Of a DNA stretch of 64,000 bases, positions 46,801 through 56,779 are shown piece by piece. The first letter of the stretch is position 1; every line of letters begins with the position of its first letter. Origin of the DNA: Bugula neritina (taxonomy: Eukaryota > Animalia > Bryozoa); NCBI GenBank assembly GCA_964035545.1, contig OZ037765.1, positions 31,185,504 to 31,249,503 on the forward strand. The letters are read 5' to 3'. A program made the position numbers and the translations under genes. The notes under the pieces were generated by a model. That model was not told the origin of the DNA. It saw only the letters and a program-made list of their open reading frames with translations, and did not search any database.

Positions 46801-49078
46801 TATCTAGTATATTGATAAACCTCTTGTATCTAATGTATTATTAAACCAGCCTACATACATCTAATCTATTAGACTAAGCTGTATATAATCTATTATTAGA
46901 CTAACCTGTATCTAATTTATTATTAGACTAACTTGTATCCAATCTATTATTAGACTAACTTGTATCCAATCTATTATTAGACTAACTTGTATCCAATCTA
47001 TTATTAGACTAACCTGTATATAATATATTATTAGACTAACATGCATCCAGTCTATTATTAGACTAACCTGTATCTAATCTATTATTAGACTAACCTGTAT
47101 CCAATCTATTATTAGATTCGGCTGTTTGCAGACGGCTTATATCAGCAGCAGGGAAGCTGCTCAGCACTGACTTGTTATTTCTCATATCTGAATATCTGTT
47201 ACCAAAATCAACTTCTGAGCCGACGCCATCTTCATTCTCATCCTAAACATATTATATAAGAAATAGTAGAGAATAAAACACATATATGCAAGCAGAAAGT
47301 GGTGAGCTGAAACTAGAGGTATTTAAGCTTTACAGGTGGAAGAATATAACAGTTTCAGTAGAGCCTACATGTACAGAATGATGAAATGTGTTAACTCTCC
47401 ATCAGCTGATCATTGACATAGAGTTAGTTGATGGCTGCATGACATTTTAGTTGTTTTAAATCCCACATGTTCACCGACTGTTTCGTATGCAAAGTAATGA
47501 CAGAATTTTATGGTTAGATCCATATTTTCATATGTTTGAAGTAACCTTGTGTCTATTATTTCAATGTAAATTAAATAATAACAAATTGTTACATTTCCGC
47601 TGGTTTTTGAAATGTTTTTTCTATATGCCAATCTCTATTTTTTAAAGTCAATTTTAATTAAACTTTAAAAATTTTTAAGGCTATTCTCAAAGATTGTCTA
47701 AATTCTCATGTCTGTAATACAGTTAATGTATTGCATTAGTTGGCATAAAATTGAAATTTAAACATTATATTACACTCTTACAAGTAAAGAAGCCCATTTA
47801 TTGCATAACAACCTGCTGCAAGTAACCCTATTACAAACTCAACTCAGCTACAACCAACTCAAATTAAACCATCAAAGTTTGAAATTTTTACACTAGTTAA
47901 TAACTTGTATAGGTTGAAGTTATAGGGCACAGGGACTTTATTAAGATTTAAAAAGTAGTCTAGATAGCACTAAGTATGCTAACATATGAATAACTAAGCG
48001 CATGAGGTTTTGCTATAAGATGCAAATATTTTTTAATGAAATGCATGGGTCAGGAGATTGAAAAGTTTATGACTGAGACATCAGCTAAAGACTCTCCTTT
48101 GCGTGAGAGTGGTTTAGTCTGCAGTACTTACCTTGCGTGCAGGTGAGTGCTGAATGATAATCTGCTCAAGTCTATTCTCTAACCACTGAACCCGCTTTCT
48201 TCTTTTGTTAATCAGTTGAGACTCTGAACCTGTTTCCACTGACTTTAGCAAATCATTCCTTGCATAAGACAACTCCTTGTTTATCTTACCACATATCTAC
48301 AATACATGTAAAATGATAATAGACAGACTAACACTACATACCTGTTTGAAGCATGGCATACTACAGTTATTTGGCAAACTAACTGAATTCATACTTCAGA
48401 TTATAATATAATTTAAAGTATGAATTCATTTAGTTTGCCAAATAACTGTAAATTTCTATGATGCAAACAGGTATGTAGTGTTAGTCATGAAAACAAGTTT
48501 ATATTATGTACTGCAACTTTGGAGAATTTATACGTATTATGCTTAAATAATATATTATGTTATTTAAACACAATATGTATAAATTCTCCAAAGTTGCAGT
48601 ACATACATACATGATAAATATTGCCTTGTCATTGTATAAAACCAGAATTAATAAGCTTAAGATCTTAACTTCTAAAAATTTAACTTTTCTTTCATAGTAA
48701 ATTAGCTTTTGCCAATACAACATAGTAAACATAAACTTGCAGTATAATTGAACACAAGTTGCAACTTCTTATTGTTACCTGTAAAATGATAATCATTTCA
48801 TCAGCTTTAACCTTGAGCTCTTTTACTCTAGAGGTATGAAACTGCAAAGAATCTGGCTTTGCAGTTTTCAGATCAGATAAAGCTTGCCGTAGTTGTTCTT
48901 GAAACATCACAACATTCTTGCGTTGTTCCGCCATATATAAATCTGAGCGATAGCATATCTTTACTCGTTCCTTCAGTGGTTTCCCACTGGAAATTGGTGC
49001 TGGTTTTTCCGTCAAACCCTCAATGCTGGGCAATCGGTTGTACCTGCTGATGGCAACTTTAGACGGTGAAGACGGCAT
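31886..49078 (-). CDS. HEATR9: HEAT-repeat protein, HEATR9-like, with long low-complexity N-terminal extension (~20 exons)
   Basis: Exons traced from MPSSPSKVAISRYNRLPSI (49078) to ...LKTLESLST* (31886). The C-terminal half (LKWDRVQYLFQTSLKS..ERQDAAKQLGVL..VFQALK..VQYEAAKALIRLGCLED, VRLEAAHTLGVL, LGIRQTKVLRVL) resembles remembered vertebrate HEATR9. Some middle exon boundaries are uncertain. Confidence 0.68.
36322..36334. promoter_or_regulatory. RFX X-box-like palindrome
   Basis: GTTGCCATGCAAC versus consensus GTTGCCATGGCAAC. Confidence 0.35.
36348..37886 (-). CDS. 512-aa basic, Cys-cluster orphan ORF nested in a HEATR9-like intron (alternative first exon or nested gene)
   Basis: 1.5-kb uninterrupted ORF in AT-rich DNA; the flanking host exons join in phase without it; a phase-compatible GT lies at its end. 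Confidence 0.75.
   Translation of the reverse strand: MMADASFGRTVAANRKKKELKDKLAFQRVPLLDFEIMNDYKDKNISHNKLNRGLTKLLNICVVCGAAKRPCEVGCPIQYKKSVEDLDSKDLLNSKWHLPSSLFGMLYATQFNTSTVPQFEDEFHKNELRFATSITKIRERSDYNFQVINQWKKDRSSITPVPSLEYYKKVKGISFTKAKDKPFKLKALAHSVGYMLPWISENYEKVKNKCSDKVCKVRRTPPHLLPMGEWSRMKRRLEKVASRIQRDSIFKRKKSMGAPNDVMVCQHATEAMERSLSITKALASQPVRPKKKLSVSWSGHNNSKFYENRTPKNPSFLKRISLPPMPSHSKSISKSGIEAHKERSKSVLFSEPLVEGLAQKALLPKLPPVIILVTEAVGSNVANYNLGNKKSLKQKSRKIIEIKDGDFCESCHSIPCLQLKACKFVKWKSASQAVKSHAAARAKPFEYILGIERVSILYTRIGRVERNKTLGFALKLHPKYCKGNGKCNACKEDLFYSRKMAVHQHRLMEHSR
40360..40430 (-). mobile_element. Possible decayed tRNA-derived SINE head
   Basis: Minus strand TGGTCTAGTTAG (A-box-like) ... GTTCGACTCC (B-box-like) at tRNA-like spacing; no full cloverleaf. 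Confidence 0.3.
45281..45400. repeat. 20-bp minisatellite spanning a HEATR9-like 3' splice site
   Basis: CATCATCACAAATCTGATGA-type units; the first unit overlaps the acceptor ATCAG|GTTGATGATG. Confidence 0.8.
46810..47116. repeat. 27-bp minisatellite (~10 copies) built from a HEATR9-like exon end plus 5' splice site
   Basis: Minus-strand unit TCTAATAATAGATTGGATACAG|GTTAG; the first unit is coding (SNNRLDT). Confidence 0.92.
48326..48486. repeat. 161-bp near-perfect palindrome (foldback/MITE-like)
   Basis: GACTAACACTACATACCTGTTTG...CAAACAGGTATGTAGTGTTAGTC, with inner arms ACAGTTATTTGGCAAACTAA/TTAGTTTGCCAAATAACTGT. Confidence 0.85.
48505..48605. repeat. 101-bp near-perfect palindrome
   Basis: TATGTACTGCAACTTTGGAGAATTTATAC...GTATAAATTCTCCAAAGTTGCAGTACATA. 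Confidence 0.85.
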
Positions 49079-50208
49079 CTCCCTCGTATATTCGTAAATT
49101 TATTTAAAATTTGCACCAGTCTTTTAGACCTTCTTGATGTTGGAGCAACTTTTTATTACATTCTCTTTTCTAAAATAGATAATTAACTTCAACATTTTTA
49201 TAATTAGGATTTTTCTGGGGAGTTCATTCTCATCTTACATTGTCCACTATTACGTGTTGCTAAAATTTACAAGATTACTTGAGGTATGTTGTTAGTAACA
49301 TAATACAACTTTTAATGTGCAATGAGCATTTCCATAATGTGTCTAGCTAGTAACTATAAAACATAACCAATATCAAAACCAAATGTTGATTTACTTGAAT
49401 TGAAATCAACACAGAAATATTTTTAGATGCTTACAGCTATTGCATAGAACAACTAGTAGTAGTACAACTAGTTGTCTATTTCAATAGATGACTAGAACTA
49501 GCAAGTTAGTAAGTTATTTACTTACTTTTTGTACATAATCATAATGCAACTTTAAACTATAGGAATAAGGCAGCTCTTATAAGTCAGATAAAAATGAAGT
49601 AGTTGATACTGGATGCAACATTTCAGGTCAAACTTTTGGCTAGAAGTAGAATATAAAAATAATCAACTATAAAATCACTACTGACAGTGACACTGCTTTA
49701 ACATTTGAAGTTAAACTGAAGTGAATGGTCTAGACAGCTAGTGTAGCTTTAAATTTTAAAAACATTGCTCAGTATGACTTTTTTTATAAAAGTTTTCAAA
49801 CCTCAGTTTGAAGCAGAAAGTCTAAACAAACAAAAAATAATTGAATTTTTCATACAACTTTCAAGATACATTTATGATTTATAGAGTTAAATAAAACATC
49901 ACCAGTTTAAGTATAACCTTAACGCCTGGTTAAATAAAGCAAACGCAGTTTTATATTGATGAATACAGAATAGCCACACTTATAAGTCAAAGTGCTAGTA
50001 GTAGTACTACCTTATACTTTATAGTTATATTTATATTAGGTTCAACTCAGAACCAGTATGAAGTTAAACACTAATAGTAATAAAATGATAATATTATAAT
50101 CATCAACTTTATTATTGATAATTTAAATTATTATTATTAATATTATAGTAATCACTAATTAATAAAACCATCGGCATCATATTCATATTGATTAAAGCCT
50201 AAAGGGTA
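49029..50208. repeat. Segmental duplication, copy A (HEATR9-like start codon and upstream region)
   Basis: Colinear direct similarity, with indels, to 62790-64000. Confidence 0.93.
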
Positions 50209-50712
50209 ATATAAATAATAATATGCATCAGCATGGCCAAGTGATTATCATTATGAACTTGTACTAAATTAAGATATTAAAATCAAAATGAAAATAGCAG
50301 ACAATAAAAATTATACGATAAAGTTTTATAACTGTGGTCTATGAGCACAAAAATCTTAATCATCGAAGTAATATAAATCTTGAGTGTAAATCGTCTAGTA
50401 GTGATACTAAATCTAATACTAATAGTAATAGAAATAGTATTAAACTATTCAATAAATTTTTAATGTGCAAGAACCAATATCTAAAATTAGCTGAATTTAG
50501 CCAAGTGGTTACCGCGGTGATTTGCCTGTGCTCAACAAGCTCTCGGTAAAATAGTTACAAATACGTTATGAAAAGTAGTATTCTTAATTGTTGCAAACTT
50601 CAAACCTCAGTCTAAAACTTGCTCTCTAGCCCTTCTTTAACTGAATAAATAGGCTGATTCAAGAGACCTCATAGGTAGAACGGTATATTACCCAAAACAC
50701 CTTTTGTATCCG

Positions 50713-50739
50713 CCTTTTCTAGCGTAGTGCGAGGTAAGT
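50713..50739 (+). promoter_or_regulatory. Candidate 5'TOP/TCT-type start, short non-coding exon 1 and donor
   Basis: CCTTTTCTAGCGTAGTGCGAG|GTAAGT: pyrimidine start plus a perfect donor at 50734, as in ribosomal-protein and snoRNA-host genes, directly upstream of the RPS15A-derived array. Confidence 0.6.
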
Positions 50740-50957
50740 GATGCATCACATGTTCTCCTTCATTTAAAAATCGTTCGACATCTAAATTGTAGGAGTATCT
50801 CGACTGTTGTGCGTTATAGCTATGCATACTTGTGAAAAGTAAAAATGTCTATAATGATTAGTTGTTATTTTGTTTTCATCAGATGCTGTGAAAATCCTTT
50901 CTATCCAGTTAACATACTTTTTACGATGTTGATTTAAACAATAATATCATTTGTATT

Positions 50958-51064
50958 AGTGTACATCATGGACGCAAATTATATCCTCATCATGGTTCAT
51001 GCTATATCAGAACTAATCATTATATAGTAGTCATCTGTTGATCACTCATAGTATGTTCAGAATT
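50958..51064 (+). ncRNA. Possible second H/ACA-like RNA (degenerate; only its 3' hairpin recurs in later units)
   Basis: Short hairpin, H-box ATATCA (51004-51009), then a hairpin GAAC...GTTC ending AGA-NNN; target not identified. Confidence 0.3.
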
Positions 51065-51077
51065 TGAATTTTAAGTA

Positions 51078-51211
51078 GCTCTTCCTTCGAAAGCAACTGC
51101 TGCATTTTCCAATGTATCAGTCCGTCAAGTAAGGGTAGATTAAAATGCTAGGAAAGCATAGTGGGTTTTTGTGCTCTTACTGCCATAGACTCAATCCACC
51201 AAGCTACACTC
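51078..51211 (+). ncRNA. SNORA21: H/ACA snoRNA, SNORA21/ACA21 family, copy 1 (divergent)
   Basis: Hairpin, H box AGATTA (51137), hairpin, ACA (51206). Pocket 1 (AAAGC + CGTC) pairs 28S GACG-U-N-GCUUU; pocket 2 (TAGTGGGT + CAATCCA) pairs around 28S UGGAUUG-U-UCACCCACUA. Both 3' pocket strands begin 14 nt before their box. Confidence 0.85.
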
Positions 51212-51548
51212 TTTAATTGATCACATTTGCGTGTGAGTCAAGATTGTTTCATTTTCTGCAATACTGCCAGTTTCCACTTGGATTATTATTATTGTTGGTT
51301 ATTTTATTGTAGTTATGTTGTCATAACAATTTCCCAAAGAACAATGGACCACGAATAAGCTAAAGGAAAACATCTTGGTGGAAAATAATAGTTGCTGATC
51401 ACAGATCTGGAAAGATTGTTGTCAACTTGACTGGGCGACTAAACAAGGTACTATCCTAATCATCATCATGTGCTAAATCAGAACTATTCATTATATAGTG
51501 GTTATCTGTTGATCACTCATAGTATGTTCAGAATTTGAATTTTAAGTA

Positions 51549-51678
51549 GCTCTTCCTTCAAAAGCAACTGCTGCATTTTCCAATGCAGTGGTTCGTCAAG
51601 TAAGGGTAGATTAAAATTGCTAGGACAGTGTGTTTTTGTGCTCTTACTGCCATAAACTCAATCCACCAAGCTACACTC
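51549..51678 (+). ncRNA. SNORA21: SNORA21-family H/ACA snoRNA, copy 2
   Basis: 12-bp upper stem AACTGCTGCATT/AATGCAGTGGTT, CAAAAGC + CGTCAAG pocket, AGATTA, CAATCCA, ACA. Confidence 0.8.
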
Positions 51679-52013
51679 CTTAATAGATTACATAAATTTG
51701 CTCGTGAGTCGAGATTGTTTCATTTTCTGCAATACTGCAAGTTTCCACTTGAATTATTATTGTTGGTTATTTTATTGTAGTTATGTTGTCATGACAACTT
51801 CCCAAGAAATAATGAACCACGAAGAAGCTAAAGGAAAACATCTTGGTGGAAAATAATAGTTGATGATCACAGATGTGGAAAGATTGTTGTCAACTTGACT
51901 AGGCGACTAAACAAGGTACTATCCTAATCATCATGTGCTAAATCAGAACTATTCATTATATAGTGGTTATCTGTTGATCACTCATAGTATGTTCAGAATT
52001 TGAATTTTAAGTA

Positions 52014-52143
52014 GCTCTTCCTTCAAAAGCAACTGCTGCATTTTCCAATGCAGTGGTTCGTCAAGTAAGGATAGATTAAAATTGCTAGGACAGTGTGTTT
52101 TTGTGCTCTTACTGCCATAAACTCAATCCACCAAGCTACACTC
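52014..52143 (+). ncRNA. SNORA21: SNORA21-family H/ACA snoRNA, copy 3
   Basis: As copy 2. Confidence 0.8.
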
Positions 52144-52478
52144 CTTAATAGATTGCATAAATTTGCTTGTGAGTTGAGATTGTTTCATTTTTTGCAATAC
52201 TGCAAGTTTCCACTTGAATTATTATTGTTAGTTGTTTTATTGTAGTTATGTTGTCATGACAACTTCCCAAGAAATAATGAACCACGAAGAAGCTAAAGGA
52301 AAACATCTTGGTGGAAAATAATAGTTGATGATCACAGATGTGGAAAGATTGTTGTCAACTTGACTAGGCGACTAAACAAGGTACTATCCTAATCATCATG
52401 TGCTAAATCAGAACTATTCATTATATAGTGGTTATCTGTTGATCACTCATAGTATGTTCAGAATTTGAATTTTAAGTA

Positions 52479-52608
52479 GCTCTTCCTTCAAAAGCAACTG
52501 CTGCATTTTCCAATGCAGTGGTTCGTCAAGTAAGGGTAGATTAAAATTGCTAGGACAGTGTGTTTTTGTGCTCTTACTGCCATAAACTCAATCCACCAAG
52601 CTACACTC
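52479..52608 (+). ncRNA. SNORA21: SNORA21-family H/ACA snoRNA, copy 4
   Basis: As copy 2. Confidence 0.8.
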
Positions 52609-52943
52609 CTTAATAGATTACATAAATTTGCTCGTGAGTCGAGATTGTTTCATTTTCTGCAATACTGCAAGTTTCCACTTGAATTATTATTGTTAGTTGT
52701 TTTATTGTAGTTATGTTGTCATGACAACTTCCCAAGAAATAATGAACCACGAATAAGCTAAAGGAAAACATCTTGGTGGAAAATAATAGTTGATGATCAC
52801 AGATCTGGAAAGATTGTTGTCAACTTGACTAGGCGACTAAACAAGGTACTATCCTAATCATCATGTGCTAAATCAGAACTATTCATTATATAGTGGTTAT
52901 CTGTTGATCACTCATAGTATGTTCAGAATTTGAATTTTAAGTA

Positions 52944-53071
52944 GCTCTGCCTTCAAAAGCAACTGCTGCATTTTCCAATGCAGTGGTTCGTCAAGTAAGG
53001 ATAGATAAATTGCTAGTACAGTGTGTTTTTGTGCTCTTACTGCCATAAACTCAATCCACCAAGCTACACTC
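52944..53071 (+). ncRNA. SNORA21: SNORA21-family H/ACA snoRNA, copy 5
   Basis: As copy 2; a small deletion converts the H box to AGATAA, still ANANNA. Confidence 0.75.
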
Positions 53072-53409
53072 CTTAATAGATTGCATAAATTTGCTTGTGA
53101 GTTGAGATTGTTTCATTTTTTGCAATACTGCAAGTTTCCACTTGAATTATTATTGTTAGTTGTTTTATTGTAGTTATGTTGTCATGACAACTTCCCAAGA
53201 AATAATGAACCACGAAGAAGCTAAAGGAAAACATCTTGGTGGAAAATAATAGTTGATGATCACAGATGTGGAAAGATTGTTGTCAACTTGACTAGGCGAC
53301 TAAACAAGGTACTATCCTAATCATCATCATGTGCTAAATCAGAACTATTCATTATATAGTGGTTATCTGTTGATCACTCATAGTATGTTCAGAATTTGAA
53401 TTTTAAGTA

Positions 53410-53539
53410 GCTCTTCCTTCAAAAGCAACTGCTGCATTTTCCAATGCAGTGGTTCGTCAAGTAAGGGTAGATTAAAATTGCTAGGACAGTGTGTTTTTGT
53501 GCTCTTACTGCCATAAACTCAATCCACCAAGCTACACTC
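53410..53539 (+). ncRNA. SNORA21: SNORA21-family H/ACA snoRNA, copy 6
   Basis: As copy 2. Confidence 0.8.
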
Positions 53540-53877
53540 CTTAATAGATTACATAAATTTGCTCGTGAGTCGAGATTGTTTCATTTTCTGCAATACTGCA
53601 AGTTTCCACTTGAATTATTATTATTGTTGGTTATTTTATTGTAGTTATGTTGTCATGACAACTTCCCAAGAAATAATGAACCACGAAGAAGCTAAAGGAA
53701 AACATCTTGGTGGAAAATAATAGTTGATGATCACAGATGTGGAAAGATTGTTGTCAACTTGACTAGGCGACTAAACAAGGTACTATCCTAATCATCATGT
53801 GCTAAATCAGAACTATTCATTATATAGTGGTTATCTGTTGATCACTCATAGTATGTTCAGAATTTGAATTTTAAGTA

Positions 53878-54007
53878 GCTCTTCCTTCAAAAGCAACTGC
53901 TGCATTTTCCAATGCAGTGGTTCGTCAAGTAAGGATAGATTAAAATTGCTAGGACAGTGTGTTTTTGTGCTCTTACTGCCATAAACTCAATCCACCAAGC
54001 TACACTC
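53878..54007 (+). ncRNA. SNORA21: SNORA21-family H/ACA snoRNA, copy 7
   Basis: As copy 2. Confidence 0.8.
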
Positions 54008-54206
54008 CTTAATAGATTACATAAATTTGCTTGTGAGTTGAGATTGTTTCATTTTCTGCAATACTGCCAGTTTCCACTTGGATTATTATTGTTAGTTATT
54101 TTATTGTAGTTATGTTGTCATGACAACTTCTCAAGGAATAATGGACCATGAAGAAGCTAAAAGAAAACATCTTGGTGGAAAAATATTAGGATTTTTCTTT
54201 TGAAAC

Positions 54207-54212
54207 AATAAA
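54207..54212 (+). terminator. Polyadenylation signal of the RPS15A-derived unit
   Basis: AATAAA 3 nt after the stop codon. Confidence 0.65.
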
Positions 54213-56221
54213 ATGGTGAACTAACAGAAAATCTTGTTATTAATTCTATTCTTTATTTTTTTGCTGTGACAAGTCATGCATGTTGGTGGTCAGTGATTAA
54301 TAAAAAGTATAAAAAGCACGAAACTACATAATTTAAAATTACATAAAACTAGGATTTTGGCAGAAATAAGCTAAGACTGGCTTAGTCTAACTTTATTATA
54401 TCTGTATAGTCCGAATATAACTCCTATTGCCAGAGCAAGTCCAGCTGCATGAGAAGTATGAAAGACACTTTTAGTAGCTATAATAGTAGTAATACTTAGT
54501 AATAGGTTCGTGTGTGTGTACTCGAAGCAAATCTTGCAGATGCTCATTGGTGAGTTAGCTGTGTTCTATTATTTTTTGATATGGTCCATCATATAGAATA
54601 TGCACTCGCATTTATAAACATAACCAAATATCCTCAGTGCTGCAGTTCAGCTATGTGTAGGGTACTTTTCATAGTTATAACTGGCGAAGTGTAAACGCTA
54701 ACTGTAGTTAAAGCAACATCGCAACTATAGTTGTGATGCTGCTATTAGTTTCAGTAGTGTTGTCCCAGTTGGATGCTTTTTATTTATTTTGGTACAATGT
54801 ATATATTTAATGTGCAATTCATTCGAATATTATTGAATTATATGTATATTTAGGTAAACTTGGATCAGCTGTTGGCTACTTAGCACATAAAAAATCCTTT
54901 AATCTGTATTAACTTATTAAGGGCGCCCTTGTAATATTTTTATATTTTATACTTCTCGTTGGAAAAGAATATTTCATTAAAAATAATGTCTATTATTAAC
55001 TTATTACTGTGTTTTACCCCACACAAATCTGTGAAAAGTGGGCTATTATTTCAGATACTTTATATTAGCTATTCTAGCTATTAGCTATTTAGCAATCGAT
55101 ACAACAGTTATATACATTATTATGGTACCAAAATTAAAAAATAGCGTCTAATTGAGATGAAATTGTTTCAGCAACTATACACCGGCCAGAATCTTCCAGT
55201 GAGTCATGTTCATGATTGGCCAGTATTGCTTAGTACACGCATTCTGCGAATGATTAAGAAACCAATGAAATTTTAAGAATTGCTAGTGATTGGCTGAGAG
55301 CCTGATTAAAACAGTAGGAGCACCTGAAGTGGCCCAATGGCCACCATTTGCTCATGCCTGCAGTAGACAAGGCAAGAAAAATATGAATTTTATAAAATTT
55401 AAAAATTTGAAGTAATTATAAAGTAATTGTAAAATTCAATTACATTAGCAATGTAATTAATTACAATTGCATTTTTATACATCAATTACAAATTACATTC
55501 AATTACTTGAAAAAATGTAATTAACTACAACCAGGGATGTAGTGGAAAAAATATTCTAGGCCAGACTCTCAGGCCGAGGGTCCCTCCCCTCCCCCCCCTC
55601 AAAGCACTTCTGATGCAAATTTATGCAATTTAAAGCCATTGTGAATCATAATTCTTCTGAAAAAATCTGTGTTGAAATGTGCACCTCGCTATTATTTTCA
55701 TACCATATACCCAGCTACATGAAGACTGGGCATTGCTGCAAACTATATAAATATTCAGTCTTGTCCCATACCTGTTGACTGTAATGTAATGTAATGTAGT
55801 CTTACTCAACTGCAGTTAGGTTTGTTCTGACACTAAGTCCAACCTGTACAGAAAAAATGCTGAATATCTCAAAAAGATGGAAGGATAGAGGCAGGTAACA
55901 AGTGCTCTCCAAATGCAACCTGATTACTTTAAATAACTATAATACACTGCCGTGCACAGAAAAAGAATAATAGATCAGAACGGAGGAAGATTGCTAATCA
56001 GAAAATGTGTGTTGGTTATTTATAAAGAGCAATTTGAATTGATAACTCATTGGCAAGCAGAAATTATTTGAAGTTTGTTAAAGTACTATAAGTCTAATCC
56101 ATAAGGTGATACCGCCACACCTTCTTACACACAATAAAGCACACCCAAGAAGAGTATGTTAACTTGGTTTTAAAATAAAACCCATGAGCTTCCACTAGAT
56201 ACATCAAAGAAATATACCCCA

Positions 56222-56733
56222 TGTCACAAAACTGTTGGTAGCAGTGTGACGAGTTCGAAAAGTCTGGTAGTCAGAAGTATAGAGACAAGTAGCATACAGC
56301 TTGCTAATCCAGTTGAGAGTAAATAGAGTAGACTTTATTTCTTCAGTAAGATATGCACAGATGAACTTATAAGAGTGAACTGATTCGTAAACACAACTGC
56401 CTCAGTATTTATAGTAAACAAAACACTCTAGAACATTCTCAAGCATTCCAGTAGAGAAGATTCTAGTAGAAAACATTCCCCACATGCCAATACTATTTAT
56501 AGAAAATCAAAACAAAACAAAACATTGGAATTTCCATGGTTATTTCGCAATTATTGCGCAATACCTTGTTTACATTGCTGGGCAGTAGTTAACATGACTA
56601 ACCAAAACAGTAACAATGAACAATGACCCATCTCTTTGATTAGCCTAGAATATTTATGAACATTCCTGTATAATCATTAGGAAAAACCCGGTAAGTCTAT
56701 TTATAGGTATATGTACACTCAGAATTTGTGACA
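56222..56733 (-). repeat. 3' LTR of copy 2
   Basis: Reverse complement of the copy-1 LTR; one visible difference from its partner (56644 C vs 61714 T). Confidence 0.97.
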
Positions 56734-56779
56734 ACCCCCCATTCTAAGAGAAATTATCTTGATCATTTCTCCTAACTAC

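Larger units (their letters stand above)
50982..54184 (+). repeat. Tandem array of seven ~465-471-bp units
   Basis: Landmark GTAGCTCT(T/G)CCTTC at 51075, 51546, 52011, 52476, 52941, 53407 and 53875. Confidence 0.97.
51313..54203 (+). pseudogene. RPS15A: Rearranged, non-processed 40S ribosomal protein S15a (uS8) pseudogene
   Basis: Six chimeric 135-nt exons (e.g. 51313-51447, 51781-51915) fuse a frameshifted last-exon front (YVVMTTS..HEEAK..KHLGGK) to a middle-exon tail (VDDHRSGKIVVNLTGRLNK|GT). The terminal exon 54110-54203 is intact: [30 protein letters not shown]. The N-terminal and CGVISPR exons were not found. Confidence 0.92.

Noticed and set aside
50982-54184. Array as a processed pseudogene, rDNA/5S or snRNA cluster, or pure assembly stutter
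   Set aside because: Introns and splice sites are retained, there is no rRNA or snRNA similarity, and units carry ordered diagnostic variants.
54560-56200. MITE/DNA-transposon-like fragments (AATTAC repeats at 55420-55530, CAGGG... at 55532)
   Set aside because: No matching terminal inverted repeat pair or TSD could be defined.
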